Origin: Nannocystales bacterium
GTDB lineage: Bacteria > Myxococcota_A > Polyangia > Nannocystales > Nannocystaceae
Reading direction: 5' to 3'
Assembly: GCA_050633305.1 (NCBI GenBank)
Contig: JBOEGF010000024.1
Span: 352,001 to 416,000 of the forward strand
DNA length: 64,000 nucleotides
A program made the position numbers and the translations under genes. The stretch's first letter is position 1. Every line of letters begins with the position of its first letter. Positions 58,390 through 64,000 of this stretch are shown piece after piece. Below the pieces are notes generated by a model, which saw only the letters and a list, made by a program, of their open reading frames with translations, was not told the origin of the DNA and did not search any database.

Positions 58390-59823
58390 CTACTTCTTTG
58401 GCGTGGCCGGAATCTCGGCACCCTCGGCCAACGCAAGCGTGATTCCCAGGACCAGCTCTCCGATCTCCGCGATCCCGTCGAGATTCAAGGTCTCGAACTC
58501 ATCGGATGTGCGGTGGTAGTCCGCGTGAAGTCCCGTGAAGAAGAAGAGCACTGGGATCCCCTGCCGAAACCAGTGGGCGTGGTCGCTTCGCCCGGTCACC
58601 GAAGCGGGGTGCTTGATCTCGAGGTCCTTGGGGGTCGCCGCAGCGATGAGCCCGGGCCAGGCTGTGCTTGTTTTCTCACCGCCCACCTCGACGCCGTCTT
58701 CGGCAAGCCGGCCCACCATATCCATGTTGAGCATCGCGACCACATGACCGCTGTTGAACGGCGCAGCCGCAGGTGGGGACTCTGCGAGGCCTCGGGATCC
58801 GTGCAGGCCGAGCTCTTCCCCTGCGAAGTGGGCGAACACCAGCGAGCGTTTGGGGCGGTACCCACTCTCCCCCATCGCACGGGCGATGTTCATGAGCAGG
58901 GCTGTCCCGCTGGCGTTGTCGTCGGCCCCATTGCAGATCACGTCGTCTGGATCGGTGTCGTTTTCAGGGCCGCGACAGAACGTCCCAAACTCTTTGGTGC
59001 CGATGTGATCATAGTGAGCACCGAGCAGAACGATTTCATCGGGGCGTTCCGAGCCCTCGATCCAAGCGACGACGTTGGGCGCGGTGGAGTGGACCTCCTT
59101 CTCCGAACGCGCCATCGAGATCTTGATCCCTTCGAGGTCGATGGCCTCCTTGGGGGCTTCGCCACCAGGAAGGTTCAAGGACGCGGTCGCGGTGGCCGTG
59201 GTGACCCATGCGGCACCGATGCTGTCCGTCGGCGGTTTGGCGATGGGGTCAGGCAGGGACTCGGTCACGAAGAGGACCGCAGAGGCGCCGGCGGACGCCA
59301 GCGCTTGCACGCGGCCGTGAACGTCCGTGCTCGGCGCGGGCGTGAGGACGGCTCGGCCCTCAACGCCCCGTGTGCTGTCGGCAGCGACCCACACCGGGGT
59401 GCCAACGACCGCGCGCCGGGGACCAAACGCGGCGGGCGGGACGTCGGCCTGCGGAATTTGGAGCGTGTCCGAGCCACGCACGATCCACAGGTAGTAGGCG
59501 TCTCCTGGCTCCTTGCCGTTCGGGTACTCGAACTCGACGCGGTACGAGGACCCCACCGGTTTGATGCCCGCGGCCTTGTGACTCGCCGCGATGTAGTCGG
59601 CTGCGGCGCCCAGATGTTCGAGGTCTTTGGTGAACCGCCCGGCCCAGCCATCGTCGGCGAGTGTTTGAATGTCCTTCGCGAGCTGGTCGGGGTCGAGCTG
59701 CGGGGCGGAGGTCTCCTCTGCTCCGTGCTCGTGGGGCGGCTTCGTCGTCGCCGCGTCGGAGGGTCGGTTGCAAGCGGTGGCAAGCAGCGCCAGGGACACA
59801 AGCGAAACGAACGCACGGGACAT
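58390..59823 (-). CDS. M28 family metallopeptidase lipoprotein
   Basis: Lipobox ATAC, GAHYDH, GADDNASG, GEELGLHGS, NMDMVG, SDH, DYH. Confidence 0.93.
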   Translation of the reverse strand: MSRAFVSLVSLALLATACNRPSDAATTKPPHEHGAEETSAPQLDPDQLAKDIQTLADDGWAGRFTKDLEHLGAAADYIAASHKAAGIKPVGSSYRVEFEYPNGKEPGDAYYLWIVRGSDTLQIPQADVPPAAFGPRRAVVGTPVWVAADSTRGVEGRAVLTPAPSTDVHGRVQALASAGASAVLFVTESLPDPIAKPPTDSIGAAWVTTATATASLNLPGGEAPKEAIDLEGIKISMARSEKEVHSTAPNVVAWIEGSERPDEIVLLGAHYDHIGTKEFGTFCRGPENDTDPDDVICNGADDNASGTALLMNIARAMGESGYRPKRSLVFAHFAGEELGLHGSRGLAESPPAAAPFNSGHVVAMLNMDMVGRLAEDGVEVGGEKTSTAWPGLIAAATPKDLEIKHPASVTGRSDHAHWFRQGIPVLFFFTGLHADYHRTSDEFETLNLDGIAEIGELVLGITLALAEGAEIPATPKK

Positions 59824-59843
59824 CGCGGCTGCACCTTACACGC

Positions 59844-60248
59844 TCAGCCATCGGGGTGGGCGGGGCTCCAGGAGTCACTGCCCCAGAGCTCTGCTCGTTC
59901 GTCGAGGAACGTCAGGAGGTCGAAGCACGCATCGAGGGCCTCTGCTGGGGCCTCATCCAGATGTGCCTCGAGCCGACGCAGCGAGGCGCCGATGCGACCG
60001 AAGTCGGCCTCGCCGGTCTCGAGCAGGACTCGCCTACCCAGCTCGAGCGCGAGGGCGGTCGCGTCCTTGCGGACGGACAGCAGCAGCTCCCGCAGGTCGT
60101 CGGAGATCGCCGTTTGAGCCTGGTCGTCGAACAGGTTCGCGAATACCGGACGCATCCGCTGTTTGCTCTGCATGGATGCGATGGTCCTGTCTCGCTCTCG
60201 CAAGGCGGCGTAGCGTGCTCGGGCCTGGGCAGGGTCAATCATCGGCAT
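59844..60248 (-). CDS. Hypothetical helical protein
   Basis: ORF with plausible codon usage, 20 nt upstream of and co-oriented with the M28 gene. Confidence 0.55.
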   Translation of the reverse strand: MPMIDPAQARARYAALRERDRTIASMQSKQRMRPVFANLFDDQAQTAISDDLRELLLSVRKDATALALELGRRVLLETGEADFGRIGASLRRLEAHLDEAPAEALDACFDLLTFLDERAELWGSDSWSPAHPDG

Positions 60249-60618
60249 CCTTTGCAGAACAGGGGCTGTCGCGAACGACTTCGAGACTGTCACGACGAAG
60301 CGTACCGTGCGGAAGCGTTGGTTCTGCGGTGGGACGATTGCGTCGTTAGCGCCAAACGGGTTCGGAGCGGAGTTGGCCGAATCGGCCGGAGCGGACACGT
60401 CGGGCAGGGGGGTTGCTCAAACCACGAAACGGCGTGCCCCCGACCTCGCAGGCGGCCGCGGTCACGCCGTCTGCGGATTGCCGAGTCCAACGCCGGAGGA
60501 CAGCTGGGCTCACGCGTACGGGCGGGAGGATGGAGGGACGCGACGGGGCGCTCCAGGCCAAATGCCGCAGCGGAGGCGGCTGCTGACGATGCTCGCCGTG
60601 GTGTAGAGTCCCCGCCGC

Positions 60619-61401
60619 ATGGGCGGCGAGCTCACCATCACCACGTGGAATGTGAACTCCATTCGGGCGCGACTCGACCACGTCACCGAGTACCTGGCCG
60701 AACACGAGCCCGACATCGTTTGCCTTCAGGAGAGCAAGGTCGAGGACGCCTTGTTCCCCAAGGTGCCGTTCCTCGAGCTCGGCTACAACGTCACGATCCA
60801 CGGCGGGCGAGCGTTGGCCGGTGTGGCGACCCTGACCAAGTCGAAGCCCGAGGAGACCCACGGTGGATTCCTCGCCGACCCGCCGGACAAGCACCCGCGC
60901 ATCCTCAACGTGCTGGTCGACGGCGTTCGGGTCTACAATCTCTACGTGCCCAACGGCACCTCGTTGGGGAGCGCGGCCTTCGAGTACAAGCTGGCGTGGC
61001 TGGAGCGTTTGCGTGAGGAGATCGCGACCAACTACAAGCCCGACCAACCGATCGCGGTGGTGGGGGACTTCAACATCGCCTTGGAGGATCGTGATCTGTA
61101 CGACCCGGAGCGGTTGCGGGACCAGATGCTGTTTACCGAGGATGAGAAGTCTCGCCTGCGGGCGATCCTCGACTTCGGGTTCACCGACTGCTTTCGGAAG
61201 TTTGAGTCCGGAGGGGACCACTTCACCTGGTTCGACTACCGAACCCAGGGGTTCGAACGAAACCAAGGGTTTCGCATCGACCACATCTACGCGACGGACT
61301 CGCTGGCCGAGCGTTGTCTGGGCGTGACGCACGACATGGTGCCCAGGGGCTGGGATACGCCGAGCGACCACGTGCCGGTCACGGGACGCTTCACACGCTG
61401 A
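60619..61401 (+). CDS. xth: Exodeoxyribonuclease III
   Basis: TWNVNSIRAR, CLQESK, YVPNG, GDFNIA, FTWFDYR, RIDH, SDHVPV. Confidence 0.95.
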   Translation: MGGELTITTWNVNSIRARLDHVTEYLAEHEPDIVCLQESKVEDALFPKVPFLELGYNVTIHGGRALAGVATLTKSKPEETHGGFLADPPDKHPRILNVLVDGVRVYNLYVPNGTSLGSAAFEYKLAWLERLREEIATNYKPDQPIAVVGDFNIALEDRDLYDPERLRDQMLFTEDEKSRLRAILDFGFTDCFRKFESGGDHFTWFDYRTQGFERNQGFRIDHIYATDSLAERCLGVTHDMVPRGWDTPSDHVPVTGRFTR

Positions 61402-61430
61402 GGCCTCCGGAGAACTTCGGCAGAACCAGC

Positions 61431-61469
61431 AAAAACGCCACCGTGGGAGGACCCCGGTGGCGTTTCCTT
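61431..61469. terminator. Bidirectional intrinsic terminator
   Basis: AAAAACGCCACCG...CGGTGGCGTTTCCTT between convergent xth and the SCP2 gene. Confidence 0.75.
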
Positions 61470-61494
61470 GTTGCCGCGTGGGCAGCGAGCGCTG

Positions 61495-61794
61495 CTACTT
61501 GATGACGTTGCCCAGCTTCATCGCCACGGCCATGTCGCCGTCGAGCTGGAGCTTGCCCAGGGAGAACGCAGCCATGGGGTCGAGGTCACCACTGATCATC
61601 GCCTCGAGGTCTGCAAGCGAGAGCTTCACGGTGCAGGCCGCGTCGCTGTTCTCGTTGTTGACCACGTTGGGCACAACGTTGGCGTCGAGAAAGATGACGC
61701 CGTCGTCGCCACAGTCGAACTTCAGGGTAGAGGCCAGACCGCAGTCTTCGCCGACCTTGTCTTTGATCGTCGTCGTCGCCGATTCGATGCTCAT
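61495..61794 (-). CDS. SCP2 sterol/lipid-binding domain protein
   Basis: GDLDPMAAFSLGKLQLDGDMAVAMKL. Confidence 0.9.
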   Translation of the reverse strand: MSIESATTTIKDKVGEDCGLASTLKFDCGDDGVIFLDANVVPNVVNNENSDAACTVKLSLADLEAMISGDLDPMAAFSLGKLQLDGDMAVAMKLGNVIK

Positions 61795-61964
61795 CGGCCA
61801 CCTTCCTACCATCCCGCTCGGCGTTCAGCCATCCTGCGAGTTTGCAGCCATTGCCTGCGCCGCCCGAGTGCGAATCTGCAGGCGCGGCCGGTTCGTTATT
61901 TGACGCACATTCTCGCTACGCTCGCGGTGGGTGGAGGCTCAGACGTCCTCGCCTGAAGGTGGGC

Positions 61965-62834
61965 ATGACGTATCGATCTGTGTTTCGTCCGGGGTTGTTC
62001 GAAGGCCAGACCATCATCGTGACCGGTGGTGGGAGTGGCATTGGGCGCTGCACTGCTCACGAACTCGCGTCGCTTGGGGCGAGCGTCGTGTTGGTGGGCC
62101 GCAAGCGAGAAAAGCTGGAGGCGGTTGCCGCCGAGATCACCCAGGACGGTGGGAAGGCGGACCTCGAGACGCTCGACATTCGCGATGAGGAGCGGGTGAA
62201 GGCGGTCGTCAAGGCGCTGCTCGAGCGCCACGATGCGATCGACGGCTTGGTGAACAACGCGGGCGGCCAGTACCCAGCCCCGTTGGCCGCGATCAACCAA
62301 AAGGGGTTCGAGACCGTGGTGAGGACCAACCTGGTCGGTGGCTTCTTGGTGGCGCGGGAAGTGTTCATGCAGTGCATGAACCGCCGCGGCGGCAGCGTGG
62401 TGAACATCGTCGCGGACATGTGGAACGGCATGCCTGGCATGGGGCACTCGGGGGCGGCCCGGGCCGGCATGGTGAACCTGACGAAGACCGCCGCGGTCGA
62501 GTGGGCAGCGGCCGGAGTCCGGGTCAACGCCGTCGCTCCGGGTTGGGTCGCGAGCAGTGGAATGGACACCTACGACGGTGCGGTCAAAGCGATGATCCCC
62601 AAGCTCAAGGAAGCCGTCCCACTGAAGAGGCTCTCGACCGAAGCGGAGATCAGCAGTGGGATTTGTTTCCTGCTCAGCGAGGGGGCCGCGTTCATGACCG
62701 GCACGACCCTGGCCATCGACGGCGGCGCGCCCTTGTTCAGCAGCGTGTGGCCCACCCCGGCGCACAACGAGTCGAAGCCCTACAACGGCTTCCATCGTGC
62801 CGTGACCCCCAAGGTGCTCGAGGAGGGCGAATAG
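61965..62834 (+). CDS. atuB: SDR oxidoreductase, citronellol/citronellal dehydrogenase AtuB-like
   Basis: YRSVFRPGLF, TGGGSGIG, NNAGGQY, GMGHSGAARAGM, YNGFHRA; directly precedes an AtuC-like gene. Confidence 0.75.
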   Translation: MTYRSVFRPGLFEGQTIIVTGGGSGIGRCTAHELASLGASVVLVGRKREKLEAVAAEITQDGGKADLETLDIRDEERVKAVVKALLERHDAIDGLVNNAGGQYPAPLAAINQKGFETVVRTNLVGGFLVAREVFMQCMNRRGGSVVNIVADMWNGMPGMGHSGAARAGMVNLTKTAAVEWAAAGVRVNAVAPGWVASSGMDTYDGAVKAMIPKLKEAVPLKRLSTEAEISSGICFLLSEGAAFMTGTTLAIDGGAPLFSSVWPTPAHNESKPYNGFHRAVTPKVLEEGE

Positions 62835-64000
62835 ATGCCGCAACTGCGAACGAAAATCGATGCCAAGTCCGAGACGTTTGCTCGGAACCGCGAGCAGATG
62901 CTCGGCCTCATTGAGAGCTTCCGGGCGCTGGAGGGCAAGGTCCGCGAGCACTCAGCGTCGAAGGCCGCCAAGTTCTCCAAGCGTGGTCAACTGCTGCCGC
63001 GGCAGCGGGTGGAACGTCTGCTCGACCGCGGGGCACCGTTCCTGGAGCTGTCGACCCTTGCCGGCTACAAGATGCACGATGACGACGGCAAGTCGGGCAT
63101 CGCTGGGGGAAGCAACATCATCGGTATCGGTTTCGTGGAAGGGCGACGGTGCCTGGTGTCCGCCTCCGACAGCGCGATCAAGGGCGGCGCCGTGTCGCCG
63201 ATGGGACTCCGCAAGACCTTGCGCGCCCAAGAAGTCGCGCTGCAAAACAAGCTGCCGATGATCAACCTGGTGGAGAGCGCCGGGGCCAACCTGCTGTATC
63301 AGAGCGAGCTATTCGTCGAGGGGGGCCGGGTGTTTGCAAACATGGCTCGTCTGAGCGCCGCCGGCCTACCGCAGGTCACCGTGGTGCACGGGTCCTCGAC
63401 CGCAGGTGGTGCATACATCCCGGGCCTCTCGGACTACGTGATCGTGGTGCGGGGTCGTTCGAAGATCTTCTTGGCGGGTCCGCCGTTGGTGAAGGCGGCC
63501 CTCGGCGAGGACGCCGAGGAGGAAGCCCTCGGTGGCGCGGAGATGCACACCAAGGTCGCTGGAACCGCCGAATACCTGGCCGAGTCGGACGGCGATGCCA
63601 TCTGCGTCGCGCGAGAACTGTTCTCGAAGATTCGGTGGGATGACGCGGGCGCGCCTGCGCCTGCGCCCGTACGTCCACCGCTGTACGATCCTCAGGAGCT
63701 GGTCGGGGCCGTGCCGGTGGACTACCGGGAGCCCTACGACGTTCGCGAGATCATCGCTCGGATCGTCGACGATTCGGACTTCCTCGACTTCGGTCCCGAC
63801 TATGGTCCTCAGACGGTCTGCGGGCACGCGAGGATCGAGGGGCACGCGTGCGGCATCATCGGAAACAACGGGCCGATCTTCGCCGAAGGCGCTGCAAAGG
63901 CAGGCCATTTCATTCAGGCGTGCTGTCAGTCGGGGACACCGATCATCTACCTGCAGAACACCACCGGCTACATGGTGGGGACGCAAGCCGAACAAGCCGG
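62835..64000 (+). CDS. atuC: Acyl-CoA carboxylase carboxyltransferase subunit, geranyl-CoA carboxylase AtuC-like (runs off the window end)
   Basis: Absent from the ORF track (no stop); manual translation MPQLRTKID...RGQLLPRQRV...LVESAGANL...GSSTAGGAYIPGLSD...FLAGPPLVKAA. Confidence 0.8.
   Translation, partial: MPQLRTKIDAKSETFARNREQMLGLIESFRALEGKVREHSASKAAKFSKRGQLLPRQRVERLLDRGAPFLELSTLAGYKMHDDDGKSGIAGGSNIIGIGFVEGRRCLVSASDSAIKGGAVSPMGLRKTLRAQEVALQNKLPMINLVESAGANLLYQSELFVEGGRVFANMARLSAAGLPQVTVVHGSSTAGGAYIPGLSDYVIVVRGRSKIFLAGPPLVKAALGEDAEEEALGGAEMHTKVAGTAEYLAESDGDAICVARELFSKIRWDDAGAPAPAPVRPPLYDPQELVGAVPVDYREPYDVREIIARIVDDSDFLDFGPDYGPQTVCGHARIEGHACGIIGNNGPIFAEGAAKAGHFIQACCQSGTPIIYLQNTTGYMVGTQAEQA

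Overview
GC-rich bacterial chromosome segment, most consistent with Myxococcota (Nannocystaceae-like). The evidence is Myxococcus-type Cys-rich (DUF4215-like) repeats, a MYXO-CTERM-like tail, a long deltaproteobacterial S41 protease and many Ser/Thr/Gly/Asp-linker lipoproteins. About 52 CDS were called; no rRNA, tRNA, CRISPR array or transposase was seen. Conserved genes include an RpoH-family sigma factor, rsmI, an RluA/RluD synthase, pgeF, bamD, xth, ExbB/ExbD/TonB and the start of an Atu-like (acyclic terpene) operon. Three accessory signals stand out. (1) At 48.3-55.2 kb, a candidate new small-molecule pathway combines a ThiF-nitroreductase fusion (OxzB/Rv1355c-like), a flavin-dependent tryptophan-halogenase homologue, a PilZ-fused putative acyltransferase, a secreted beta-barrel protein and a STAS-like protein, suggesting c-di-GMP-gated halogenated oxazolone or N-acyl amino acid synthesis. 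(2) A CusCBA-type heavy-metal efflux operon is preceded by a palindromic operator, a Cys-rich CxxC/RGPP leader ORF resembling an arrest peptide, and mutually exclusive RNA stems. (3) A small exported peptide carries seven GCP(G/S) repeats and sits among gene remnants. All functional calls come from motif recognition by eye; no database searches were run, and several start codons are best estimates.
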